Positions 28,310-42,100 of a DNA stretch of 64,000 nt are shown in pieces (the first letter of the stretch is position 1; every line of letters begins with the position of its first letter). Under the pieces are notes generated by a model. The model had not been told where the DNA came from. It did no database searches and saw nothing but the letters and a program-made list of their open reading frames with translations. Source of the DNA: Octopus vulgaris (Eukaryota); contig OX597820.1 of assembly GCA_951406725.2 (NCBI GenBank), forward strand, positions 112,406,001 to 112,470,000, in the 5' to 3' direction. The translations under genes and the position numbers were made by a program.

Positions 28310-30712
28310 ATATATATTCTGTTAGGTGGTTGATCTAAATTTTTTTATTGTACAACAAATAAATGTCTGTAGTTTGGAAAATTTCAGAAAACTTTTCTTT
28401 TTCCTTTCTCTTTTTTTGTTGCTTTATTTTGTTGGATTGTTAGACAGTACTTTTTTTGTTTCAAAATATTCTATTTTTTAAATAGTCAATTTATTTATTT
28501 ACTTATTTTTCAACATTGTTTGTTTGTGTGTATGATTCTTTTCTTTTTTGTTTTTGTTCGAATGTTTGTACATTGATATGGTACAGAAAATTTGGTTGGT
28601 TTATCAGTTATTCACACTTAGCATTCTAGAAACTTCCCTAATATATTTTTACTCATCTCCTCGCCTTCTCCTGCCAATTCTTCTGATAAGTTCCATTTTC
28701 TTAATTCAAAAGCTGGTAACAATTCCATATTTTAATTGTCGCATACCAACTTCACCATCTCCCTGTATAAAAGGAACAACTTCATCACCTCCTCTTTCAC
28801 CCCTGCACTACCACAACACTGCCATTAACATAACCCCATGATCAAAAAACAACTACACTGTTGGTTGTATCCACTCCTCAGCTATCCACCACCACCACCA
28901 CCACCATTACAGTGTTGCTTCTTCTTATTATTATACACAGGGCCTCCCCACCCTATCATCCCCAACATTGTTTTCGCCCTTTGCTTACCACAATTCTGTT
29001 GACATATATTACTTTTGTTTCAATTAATTCTGAAAAATAGTGCAAAATCTAGTAAAATAATTTTGTCATTAAGTTAGTGTTTGGAACATATATTAGTTTC
29101 AAATTTTGGCACCAAGCCAGCCATTCTGGGGGAGGGGATAAGTCAATTATATTGACCCCAGTGCTCAACTTGTACCTATTTTATTGACCCTAGAAAGCTA
29201 AAAGGCAAAGTTGAGCCTGGCAGCATTTGAACTAAGAATGTAAAGTTGAAAGAAATGCTTAGCAGCATTTTGTCTGGCATGGTAATAATTCTGCCAGCTT
29301 GCTGCCTTAAAAAAGTATGTAATAAAATAACTGTCATTATTAGGATAGTGTTTGGGATATACATCAACATGACATTTTGATGGAAGCTTTTAACTCAGAT
29401 CATTTTAAAACAAGAAGTTTGTATTGTAGAATCAGGGGCAGACTCATGTGGGTTGGTATCAAAAGAGTTAAACTTCAATTGCTTTTATTCTTTCTACCTT
29501 TATGATTTTGGTAGGGGCTGAGGTACTCATAAGAGACATTGCAAGTACACTTTCTGCTGAGGTACAAAGTGAAAATTAAATAAAAAGAACTTGAAGGAAA
29601 CCAAAACAAACTTTGAGATATATTGATTCATTTTTATGGTCCTTTTTAGGCCCTAACCCTTAAAAATATATTTTATTGTTTGCTAAGTGAAAGGGAGGTA
29701 TATTTAATTAACCCAGTCACAGTATATTACTGGTACTTGTTTTATAAAAGTAGGGAGGTATGAAAGATAAAAAATTGGGTTCGGATAAGATGGGGGTGGA
29801 AATGAAACATGTAAATGGAATCAAGGTGGTAAGGGCCAGAGGTTAAATAAAGATCAAATGAGTGTTCCCCTTCCCTTGGGACTGCATAAGAAACTCTCTT
29901 AGATATTTGATAATGTATGCTGTTAGTTTGTTTGGAAAATTCATGAACATCACAACACCAAATTGCATCTTTCCTACATATCTGACACTTCTTACTTCAG
30001 TAAAATATCTTCCTCCTCCTCCTCACCACTGCTACCACCGTCATCATCATCATTGTAAAAATGAGTAGAAACAACAACAATTAAAATAATAATAATAATT
30101 ATAAAATAATTGTTTCAAATTTTGGTACAAGGCCAGCAATTTTGAGGGAAAAGGGCAAGTTGATTACATCGATCCTAGTACTTGGCTGGTACTGAATTCT
30201 ATTAACATCAAAAGGATAACTAACAAAGTTGACCTCAGAGAAATTTGAGTTTACCTTGCATTTTGCATGGCACATTAACAATTCTGCCAGCTCACTGCCT
30301 TAATAATAATAAACAGAAGAGTGTTCAACTGATTAAGTTGACCTCCAGTATGTGAGTTGCATTTTATTAACTCAGAAGGATAAAATGCTAAGATGACCAT
30401 TGCAAAACTTTAATTCAGTGCATAAAAAGACATTTAAGTGTCTCTCTTGTTCTCTCTACCAATTCTAGCTTTCATTAGGATGGTTTGCTGATAATAGAAA
30501 ATTTCTTGGTACTTGCTCAATATTTTTTTTGTATCTGAGAAGAGAAATTTGTCCTGAATAATTCTAGGATCATTAAACAACTTATGTAAGGTAAATACAA
30601 TTTCTTTTCTCTTTTCAGTGACATTACCTTATAATCTTTCATTCATTCCTCATATGTATTACTTGAATGCTTTATGAACACTCACACATACAGACGTGTG
30701 CGAATACGCACG

Positions 30713-30760
<48 letters not shown>

Positions 30761-30774
30761 TACATACACAAAGA

Positions 30775-30985
30775 GTAATGCGGCAAAATGGAGGGCCATA
30801 CATTCTATCGCTGAAGCTGCAGAGAAAGCCACAAGGGCACAAAATGGCTTTGAGGCAGACTGGTGATTTGCTGCTACTGGAACTTGATCAACCCTGGGTG
30901 GGGCAGCCTGCATGAGTCTTATATTGAAAGACCTAAAACCTCATGAAGACCCTCAGAAACATTGAAATATCACTGATGTTTCTGG
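30775..30985 (+). mobile_element. 3' relic of a restriction-like-endonuclease LINE (Hero/NeSL-like)
   Basis: AIHSIAEAAEKATR resembles the C-terminal AEAAERAS motif, followed by a tgatcaaccc...tgaaagacc.aaa...cactgatg 3' end. Confidence 0.45.
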
Positions 30986-31630
30986 AACTAAGAAGTATAT
31001 ATGTATGGTGTGCATGTGTGTGTGTATATAGATATGCACACATAATTAACAATGGAGAGATGTACATCTGTGAGGTGGGTGTGGTGTTTAACATTGATAA
31101 CAGGTGTATATTTTTGATTACTAATGTAATGTAAACTCTAAATATTTCAAACAATAATTAACAAAAGTATTTGAAAACAATTTAAAGAAATCTCTTTGTT
31201 TTACAATCCCTGCTGTTTATTCTGGGTTTCTTGTGGTTTAAAATATCAAATTAACTCTAATGCGAAATGGTTATGCTTGTACATATCTTATTGATTTTCT
31301 GCCAGAGTATTTGATAATTTCAATCATGTTGATATTGGATACAAAGCTAAACCACTGCAAATGTATTCAACTGTTTCTCTCTTCTCTGTCTGCCTGTCTT
31401 TTTGCCTCTCTCTCTCACACACACACACACACTGTTCCCATGTAGACGAGGTGTTGCTTCCTATAATGGTCACTCTACATGCTGGAAGCATTCAGATTTT
31501 CCATAAATCCCACTCATCTTAAGAAAATAACAAAAATATTAATATAAAAATAAACAGGAAATACAAATTGTGAAAAGTAGATCTAGAGACAGTGTGTATG
31601 AAAAAAGTACAACACACACACACACACGCA

Positions 31631-31679
<49 letters not shown>

Positions 31680-31905
31680 TCTTTCTTTTCATTCTTCCAT
31701 TCTTTTAATTGTTTCAGTCATTTGACTGCAGCTCTGCTGGAGCACCACTTTAAAAAGTTTTAGTTGAAGAAATTGACTCCAGTACTTATTCTTTGTAAGC
31801 CTAGTATTTATTCTATCGGTTTCTTTTGCTGAACTGTTAAGTTACGGGAACATAAACGTACCAAGATCAGCTGTTATGTGATGGGGAGACAAACTCAGAG
31901 ACAAA

Positions 31906-31968
<63 letters not shown>

Positions 31969-32599
31969 ATGTGTGTGCTTTGTATTACCAGTTGTTCTTA
32001 AAAATGATTATAAACATATTTATAAAGGGAAAATGAACAACAATAACAGCAACAGTTCATGGAGGAAGGAAGTATCTAAATCTCAAGTAAATGAACATAA
32101 ACTTCAACATTGTTGCTGCCTTAGTGTCAAGATATATCTTTAGTTTAGGGGGTTATTAATCCAATGTGTGAGTTGGGATTGATACTAATATTATATTTTC
32201 ACTCTTGAAGAATATGATTATGTTATATGATACACAAGTCTGTCATTTTGTGACAAACATAGCTTTGTGCCTTGGCAAACATCTCAGGAAGCTAGATATG
32301 ATAAGTGAAGAAAGTGGTTCTTTGATGATCTATAATGACGTGCTTTATTCATTTTAACCGGTTTCAATCATTATACAGCAGACAAACCTGGGTATTGCCT
32401 TCAAACTGCCCCCTCCCCACCCAGTACTATCAGACTCTTTTTACTGAATCACCAAGTTATAGGATTGTAAACAACTCAATACTGTTTGTCAAGTAGTGAG
32501 AGATAAAGAGAAAGATACAAAGACACATGCTTATACATAAATACATACATATATATGAATATATATATATAAGTTAGGATTAATATTCCCTCAAATAAT

Positions 32600-32639
<40 letters not shown>

Positions 32640-32640
<1 letters not shown>

Positions 32641-33061
32641 CAACTTATAAACAAGGGCAAAAGAAAATTATTTCTATGCCAATATGCTGATAACAGACTT
32701 TTCCACATATTATATACCCACTACAGAAAGGATTTTATATTTAGATATATCTGGGGTACTTATGTGTACTCATGACTTTTGCTTCGTTTTTCTTTTCCAT
32801 GGGCGCATGTAGGTATTTCATTTATTTCTGTTCGTATTTTCTACTGGAGAAGAAAAAAATCTATGAGATTAATTCCGAAATTGATTCAATATAGAAATAA
32901 CAAGCTTTTTAAAAAAATTCTGTTGGCTAGCTTTCCTCGATTTCAGCACAATGTATTTCTGTAGTGGGTATATAATAATATGTGGAAATTGACGATTTAA
33001 AAGTCTGTTATCAGCATATTGCCATAGAAATAATTTTCTTTTGCCCTTGTTAATAAGTTGT
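32640..33061. mobile_element. Fold-back/MITE-like element with ~90-100 bp inverted arms
   Basis: 32640-32728 is the near-perfect reverse complement of 32956-33061, apart from two small indels. Confidence 0.75.
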
Positions 33062-35219
33062 TTATAATTTTAACCTTTAAAGGTATTTTAATATGCTGCC
33101 GCTTTTTGGTTGGCTCTGAGGCTATAGTATTGTAATAGATACTTGCTCCGGTGGGACTGAACATGAAGCATACAGTTGTAAAGTGAACTTCTCAACCAAA
33201 CAGCAAAGTCTGCATCTATAAAATGTGTCAGTGAGCCTATGTTACTAACCTATAATACTTTGCTGCTATTTAGTAACTTACAGGTCATCTTAGTAATTTT
33301 AGTCTCATAGTATCTTTCTAACACTAGTGCAATCTCAGTAAAACTAGTAATATTATTGTATCAGCACCATAAAACCAATCAGATACCAGTATTCTGGTAT
33401 CTAATCAGTTTGATGATTAGATACTAATATCCAGGTATTTCTGTGCAAATATTAGGATATCACGAGATATTTGCAATTGCAAATCACATAGAGAAATAGT
33501 AACATGATATTGTAAAACTGTCAAAAAATATAAGATCAACTCTGAAATATCAAGTAGTTCAAAGGCCACAAACACACACACTAAATAACATCATACCCTT
33601 TACTTACTAGCAAGTGACTTGCTTTTACTAATTGTTTTAGGTATATACATAGTTACAAGCAGACATAGAGACACCCTTGGCCTTCCTACCTAAAATTTGA
33701 TCCATCTGAACATGAAGGATATGAGAGAGAGAGAGAGAGCGGGAGGGAGAGAGAGAGGGAGAGAGAGATCAGCATTAGGCTGATACTCATTTTCAGCTTG
33801 ATGGATCATGAACTGAAATACTTTGCTTAAGAGCACAATGCACTAAGTGGTCCAGGAATTGAATTCATTACCTTATGATTCTGAGCCCAACCCCTTAACC
33901 ACTAGGACATGTGCTCACCCCCAAAACTATCTGCATGGTCAGTTTTGGTTACAAATACATTTGAAGTAGAAACCAAAATTATACTGGATAATGTAAATAG
34001 AGACATAGTACTACAAGTGTATCTTACTTTCAATCATACTGATGGAATGTCTGTAGAATTTCCATTATGACCAACCATTGCTAATTTCTAAATATGTATT
34101 GGAAAAATAAAAAAAAATATTTTGGTATCCCCCAAGCACAAAGTTTATAGAAGACATATGATATGTGCAAATACATAGTTATGAAAAATGCAGAGACCTC
34201 CAACCACTTAAATTCATCTACAAACTAGAAACTAAAAAGGTTGTTGCATTTCATTGCATACATATACACATGTTAACTAGCCCCTATGTTCAACCATTAA
34301 AGGAACATTTATACACAGTGACAGATATATGAAAATATCTGAGTATAATTATTGAAAATATTGTAGATTTGAGCAAATCAATTTTAATAGAGATGAAAAA
34401 AGCAATCCCATATATATTACAATATTTTTTATTTCCCCACATTTCTTCATTTTCTCTTTATTATTATTATTATTTTGTATGACAATATGTTCTGCTCTGA
34501 AGTGATGTATACAAGTTACGATGAAACTGAGAGGGCGATGCGTCAGAAGGGGACCTTTTAAATGAGGTTACTGGAGAAAAATAAACTGATATTAACAAAG
34601 AACAACAAATGGCAAAAGTAACAAATATTTACATTTAAAGAAATATAACAGAAGTTATGAACAAACATTCTCACATAAATCATTACACAGAAGATATGAA
34701 TCCTCGTCTTTCAAAGATATAAAATCAAAGTGTTATTTTCCCTACAGAAATGGTTTATATGGAATATCTAAATTAAGAAAGTAGATACGAATTTCAGTTC
34801 AAGGAAATTTCATCGATATTTTAGATTTGCTACAGCAACAATAACAGTATGAAAAGAGAAACCTTGAGACACTTGATATGAGACTAATGCAGAGAATATT
34901 GTCACAAACAACAGACTTTAGCAGTTTCAGATGCTTTGCTGTATTTCTCCTCCAAGATTTTGGCAAGTTCAGGAGGCGAATTTGGGGTTCTGAGCAGCCC
35001 ATGACCTTTAAAATTATCTTACACAGGCTTTTTATCACATAGATCAATGCTATATATACATATATATATATCTTTTGTGTATACATAATGTACGTCATAC
35101 ATACAAAGAACAAATCACAATATTATTTCTAACAAAGAACAAAAGCACAACTATAGAGCTAATGGTATGTTTTCAGTGAAGCACTTTTAAAATTAGATTA
35201 GAAATTTATTTTAGTCACA

Positions 35220-35900
35220 AGGAAGAACGTGATAACAGTTATGATGTCGACAAAAGACTTTTCCAGAATAAGAGAAATTTACGAACAACTGGAGATAACT
35301 CTAAATGCTAAATGCACAAGGGAGATAACTCTTGCCTTTTTAAACGACGGTACGTTGTGTAGCAATTGTGTTAAAAGAATATTAAGGATATAAATGAAAC
35401 CGTTTAGAAGGGAAATCTAAATTAGGAATCCAGTTGCTTGTTTTTGGATCGTGTTTTCATATCTCAATACAAGAATTTCATCGTGTCTCTGTGATAGTTA
35501 GTTGGTGTTATAGTCCTCAGAAACATGTGTTCTGACACCGGAGAAGTCAATAGCGATGTGTCAAAGAAATATGTTCACGGAAGGATTATCTGAAAGAGTA
35601 CATAATCATAATTACCAGTAATATTTTTTCACTTTTCTATCTTTTATTATTTTTGTGTGTTTCTATAGCGACAAGGGCAACGTGTGTTCGCCATGCAACA
35701 CCGTTCCCTCGTATTTGAAAACCTTATTGTTTTAGTTACTCATGAACTGTTATTGCTCCTATGACCCGTTTAGTGCAGCGCTTCATCATAATGTTGGCGT
35801 GGATTGGACGGTTCGACAGGACCCTGCGTGTTAGAGGACTGCGTCGAACCCTAATACATACATACATACATTAACGCATACGTATATACATACGAATGAC
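35220..35900. promoter_or_regulatory. CpG-retaining island, candidate promoter
   Basis: Roughly 25-30 CpGs by eye in ~680 bp of AT-rich, mostly unique sequence. Flanks are CpG-depleted, and an old repeat relic inside (35790-35850) keeps CpGs. Confidence 0.5.
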
Positions 35901-36121
35901 TGACCTGTGTAAATACTGAACAGTAGATATACATAGAGCCAGTTAAGTAATTTATGGGACTATTTACTAAGTACATCACAGCTATCCAGTTTATTCCATA
36001 TTATAATGAGGGGGTAAACACAAAATTATTGCCAATTGATTTTCATGGGGCAAAATTATTTTTTTCGGATTCTAGCAATTTTGGATATAATTGCTTTATG
36101 GTTAGTAAGTTGATGCAATTC

Positions 36122-36400
<279 letters not shown>

Positions 36401-38029
36401 TAATATTTATTTTGATTGATTCTTCTGATTGCCTTTAAACATCTTCTGAATGTTTCAATGGCTTCATTGTTTTCTGAGGACGTGAGACATAAATGTTAGA
36501 GAAATAATTTGTGAAGTTTGAGCTTTGAATGAAATCCGATATTTCTCTTTTCATCTAGTATTGAGTACTTACTCTTTTCTTTTCCTTATTCACTCTCATG
36601 TGTGTGTATATATATTTATACACATACACAAAAAAATATATATGTAATTTCGTTTGCATTACATTATATCATATTAAATTATATTATATTTTGAGCATTT
36701 GATTATGAGAGTGTCAAAGAAAAGAAACAACAAAAATCAATAGAGAATCAATAAAGGTGAGAGGATTAAGAGTTGTGCTGGTCCTCCAATCTTGATATGT
36801 GAGTAACTGTTGTTTCTGAGTTGGATACTTTTAAAATATATCTGTTGTGCAGAATCAGTTAAAAAAGCCAACAATTATTATTCTAGTTCTATCTTTTCAG
36901 ATTTCTATAGTTTCCCAAATTAAAGAAGTATTATATGAATTGTAAGTGTTGTGTGCACATGTGTGTGAAACTTGTCTCATGTCAATAACTCAAGTATGCA
37001 AAGTAAATTAGAATAAAGCTGTCGTGTTTGAGTGACAAAACCTGTGGTTAGAACAGTTGTAGTTCTCTGGCCTGTTATAATTAATAAGCAGCCACATTAA
37101 TCATTAAATTATTGCACTTTTATGAAGGTGCATCATTAGGATATTTGTATCATGACCGCACAGTCATGAGTTAAATACCTGGCAGTGCATTGTGCCCTTG
37201 AGCAAGACACTTTATTTCACATTGTTCCAGTCCACTCAGATGGCAAAAATGAGTTGTACCTGTACTTTAAAGGGCCAGCCTTATCACATTCTGTGTCACA
37301 CTGAATCTCCCTGAGAACTATGTTAAGGGTACCCACGTTTGTGGAGTGCTCAGCCAGTTGCACATTAAGTTTCCAAGCAGGTCGTTCCATTAATTGATCA
37401 ACCCTCGTTGTCATAACTGACAGATTGCCAGGAATGAACTATTTTACAATTTCACTTTAATTTATCTTTTATTTCCTAGTCTAAGCAGAGCAGCACAGCA
37501 CTACGTGACTACCACAGAGTTTTCTAGACTGGAAAGTATGGGATGGTTGATTAATAGTAGTAAAAGCAAGTTTTTTTTCTTTGCTTTTGAATGACTGAGG
37601 ATAAAAGCTTGATGCAGATATGCTGTTCAAGGAGGAGAGGGTTCAAAATGTATATCTGTTGTCTTCTCTAATAGTACAACAGTAAAGTTTGAATGCATGA
37701 TCTTCTTAGTCATTTGACTATTCAGCCACTGCACCATATAAATTCACATCTTTTACATTGCATTGGCATTTTAAGGATCTCCAAACAGACCTTAGCAAAT
37801 TGTAGAATCTTTAAATGATTGTATTGTCTTATAATAATATTTCATTAGTATATGATATGTTTTATACAATATGACATGTTATATAGATATATATAATGAT
37901 ATGTTATATACACCTGATGCCTTATATACACATCACCAGAATAGCAACAACAAAAATAACTCAATAACAACAACCCATAACAAAGTCAGCAAAAAAATAA
38001 AAACAGTTAAATTTAATTAAATACAATGC

Positions 38030-38067
<38 letters not shown>

Positions 38068-41000
38068 TAATAATGGTAATAATGAGTGGCAATGATTTTT
38101 TTTTAAACAACAACAAAAACAATAATAACAAGTTTTTAAATAGGCATGAAGCTTAAAGACACAGTGCAATGCTAGCATTACTCAAGATTTGAATTCGAAA
38201 CCCAAAGATCAGGAATTGGGGTAATTTACCTAATCAGCCAATACCTCTCTTAATAATAATATTGATGATGATGATAATGATGATGGTAATAATAATAATA
38301 ATAATAATTTCTAGCTTAGGCACAAGGAGACATTTTTGGGGAGAATATAGTATTAGACTTGTACTTCATTTTACTGACCCTTGAAAGATTTCTATCAAAA
38401 CTGACTCAGGAAAGATTTGAAATCAAAATATAAAATGTAAAGTGGGATAACTAAACCCTGGGAGACATTTTGTCTGAAGCTTTACCAATTCTGCTATCCA
38501 TTGCCTTAATGATGATGATGATAATAATAATAATAATAATATTAATAATAATAATAATAACAATAACAATAATGATAATAATAATGATAATAATAGCGGC
38601 AATAACAACAATAACAACATCAATAATAACAAGAAGGATAATAAGCAGTTCTTTTATGTTAGCATGTTGTTTTGGTAGGGAAGAAGTGTGCTAATCCATG
38701 CCATGATTCCTTAGGAATGCCACCATTACATACTGTACATTTTGAAATCTGGCAGAGTCCATCCCTCTCCAGGTCTGATCATGGCCAATCTCTTCCAGAA
38801 GGAGAGAAGATTACAGACAGAAAGAAAGGAAGAATTAAAGACAGAAAAGATGAAAGGTCAAGTTAACTTCAGTGGAATCTGAACTCGGTGCAGAGAGCCA
38901 CAATGATTATTGCAGAGCGATTTATTTGATGTTCTCTGCCAGTTGACCACCATCTACAAGAAAGGAGTATATCATGAAGTGGATCAATACCAAGCGAATT
39001 ACTGGTATCTACTTCACTTATTTCAGCTTGATGAAAAATAAAGGTGATACTCAAAATATTGAAGTACTGTAAAATGTAAACATCTTCACTGCTTTAATAA
39101 TAAACATCACCACAGCTTTAATAATCTTTTCTACTCTAGGCACAAGGCCAGAAATTTTGGGGGAGGGTGCCACTCAATTAGATCGACCCCAGTATGCATC
39201 TGGTACTTAATTTGTTGACACTGAATGGATGAAAAGCAAAGTCGACCTTGGCGGAGTTTAAACTCAGAATGTAAAGACAGATGAAATACTGCTAAGTATT
39301 TCGCCTGGTGTGCTAACGATTCTGCCAGCTTACTGCCTTACAACTTTAATAATAATAATAATAATGTGGTTTTTAACGTTGGCACAAGGCCAAAAATTGG
39401 GTGGTGGGGAAGAGTATATAACTAGCAATTATTTTATTGACCATGGAGGTATTAAGATTTAATCTAAAATGTAAGTGGGGACATACTGAATGTTGAAAAG
39501 AGTTTAGTTAATTCTCTACCATTTCTGGCATTCAACTCTTGTTTCAATGTTGACACCGAAAACGATAAAACAAGTTGAGGTCTTTACATGAAATGCCTTG
39601 CTGGATGATGATTGGATAACACTTGAAAGAATGAAAAGAATTGACCAATTGTAACACATAATATACGTTCAACATCATAATCATCATTCTAGATATAGGA
39701 CATAGCATCTGGTAGCATATGACATCATGGGTGTTATGGCCAGGGTTAGATTTATGAAAAACAGAGTATGTAGTTCTAACTATCTTTTGTGGAAGGCATA
39801 AACAATATCAAGACAGAAAGGACCATAAACAACACTTTCACCACACTTGCCTCAGAAAATGGTCACAAATTTGTCATGATGTCAAGAATGGTTGCAAATC
39901 AAATATCATTCCATTCCAATATGAATTGATTAGAAATTTTCATAAAAGACATAAATGTAAATCTCTTCCAAACCATAATGGGATTTTAAGAGAACATGCT
40001 TAGCTCTTTTTCATGCTGTGAAATGGGTCATAGATGAATTTATCTCTAAGACACTGGACTACTCACAGTTAACGTTTCCAGATGATCTAGCATTTATCCT
40101 TAATAGGTAGGTAGGTGATGTAGAGCAGTGTTCTCACAAAAACAATGAAATGTTAGAAGCAGATTTGAACCTATTATCAATGAATTGATGGTCCAATACC
40201 TTATCCACTGAGCCATCTCTTCCCGTAACTCCAATTAGGTTACCCTAAAGAACTAATTTTTAATGAAAGATCATATAGTATTTTTAAATTCCTCAATAAA
40301 ATATTCCCAAAATGTCTTATACTTCCCAACTCTAAGACAAGCAAAAAGAAAAATGTCAAATTTAAAGACCCTGCCTCCACACTCACCCTGCCAAAAATTG
40401 AAATATTATACTGGAAGAAATTGACAGTTTTATTGGCATGCAACCAGTCAGTAATTTGCCAGTAAGAATCCACTATTCTATCCAAATATCACACCAAAAA
40501 GGACAGTGAAAAAGATGATATGATATGGGTATTTGATTTATAAAGAACAGTGAAAAAGATAGAGAAGATATGATATGGACATTCAAGATATAAAAATGTT
40601 TAATTAATCTGAAGCACCGGAGATTATTTTTATCTTCTTCCATAAAATAGAAGGGAAAACAAAAACAAAAAAGAAAAACGCATAGAAAATGAAAAACAAA
40701 AAGGGAAAAATAAATAAAATGAATATAAAAATAAAAGAAGAAAGGCAGGACTAATAAAAAAAATAATAAATGATTCTTTAAAACCAATCAACTGTGAGTG
40801 GGTGATTAAGATTAATTGTAATTTTTGTAAGAGTGTATGTAAAGTGGCTAGCATATTTATATGGTTTCATATGCATATTATATTGAAAAGGTTATTTGGT
40901 TTCACATCAGAAAATTTATATTAAAAAAACAAAGAAGATATTTTGAGAATGTTATGAACAAAAGAAAATAAATATTTACATTTTCATTGAAATATACTGG

Positions 41001-41619
41001 TTTCAATTGTATTATAAGACAACTTAGTCATGCTGTAATGGAAAATAAATTAAAATAAATTAGATTAAATTAAATCAGTCTTTCACGATATCGGTTCTGG
41101 AAGTTTGCATGTTTTTATAACAAAATCCACATGATGCTGGAAGTTGATCTCTGTCTGCCTTCCAGAACTGATACCATGAAAGATCGATTTACTTCAATTT
41201 ATTTTCCCTCTTCTTACAGCACAACTCAATTATCTTAGAATACAACTGAAACCAGTGGCATACTTTGATAGAAGTGTAAATGTTTTCCTTTGCTTGCCTA
41301 TTTTCTTCTTTTTGTTTTATAGTAATCTTTTTCTGCATGCATCCATCCATCCATCTGTATAAAGATAAATAGATAGATATATGCATACATGCATGCATAC
41401 ATACATACATACATACATACATACACGTATAGGTACACATATATACATATATATGCATGCATGCATGTATGTGTGTAATGTGTGTATGTTCAAGTGCAAA
41501 TACAAGAGTTTGCACAATTTCATTATCTTTGCCTTGAAATTCATTCTGAAGGTATAGTGTAAAACATCCAGATAAGCTTTTGAGTTGAACATAATCAGTT
41601 TACACTATATGGGCAGATT

Positions 41620-41664
<45 letters not shown>

Positions 41665-42069
41665 AAAGAGAGAGGGGGAGACAGAATAAATAGTCCTGTG
41701 ATAGAACACAAAGTTAGCAAACATCTTGAAGTTTGATGGGTGATGGATGGCATAAAATAAAGTCCACTTGGACAGCTGACAGTGGAAAAAGGGATGAAAT
41801 TCACCGGCCCCTTACAAAAGACAAACACCGGGTCAACAGGATTTCATTGAATAATAAATCAGTCAGTGACAAATCTGGTTGCAAGGGTGTTGATTGTTGG
41901 TTCAAATCTTATAACATCCATTCTGTAAGCAAACATCACTGAAAGAGGACTTTTATCATATGAGGAATCATGTATGGAAAGAAAATTGCTGTCCTAACAT
42001 GAAATGCAGGACCTTAATGTGGGGCCTACAGGCATGTACATATATACATACATACATATATATAGAATA

Positions 42070-42100
<31 letters not shown>

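Noticed and set aside
38738-38800. Minus-strand exon-like stretch after a polypyrimidine tract
   Set aside because: Weak acceptor (gaag), no recognisable peptide and no partner exon that can be linked to it.
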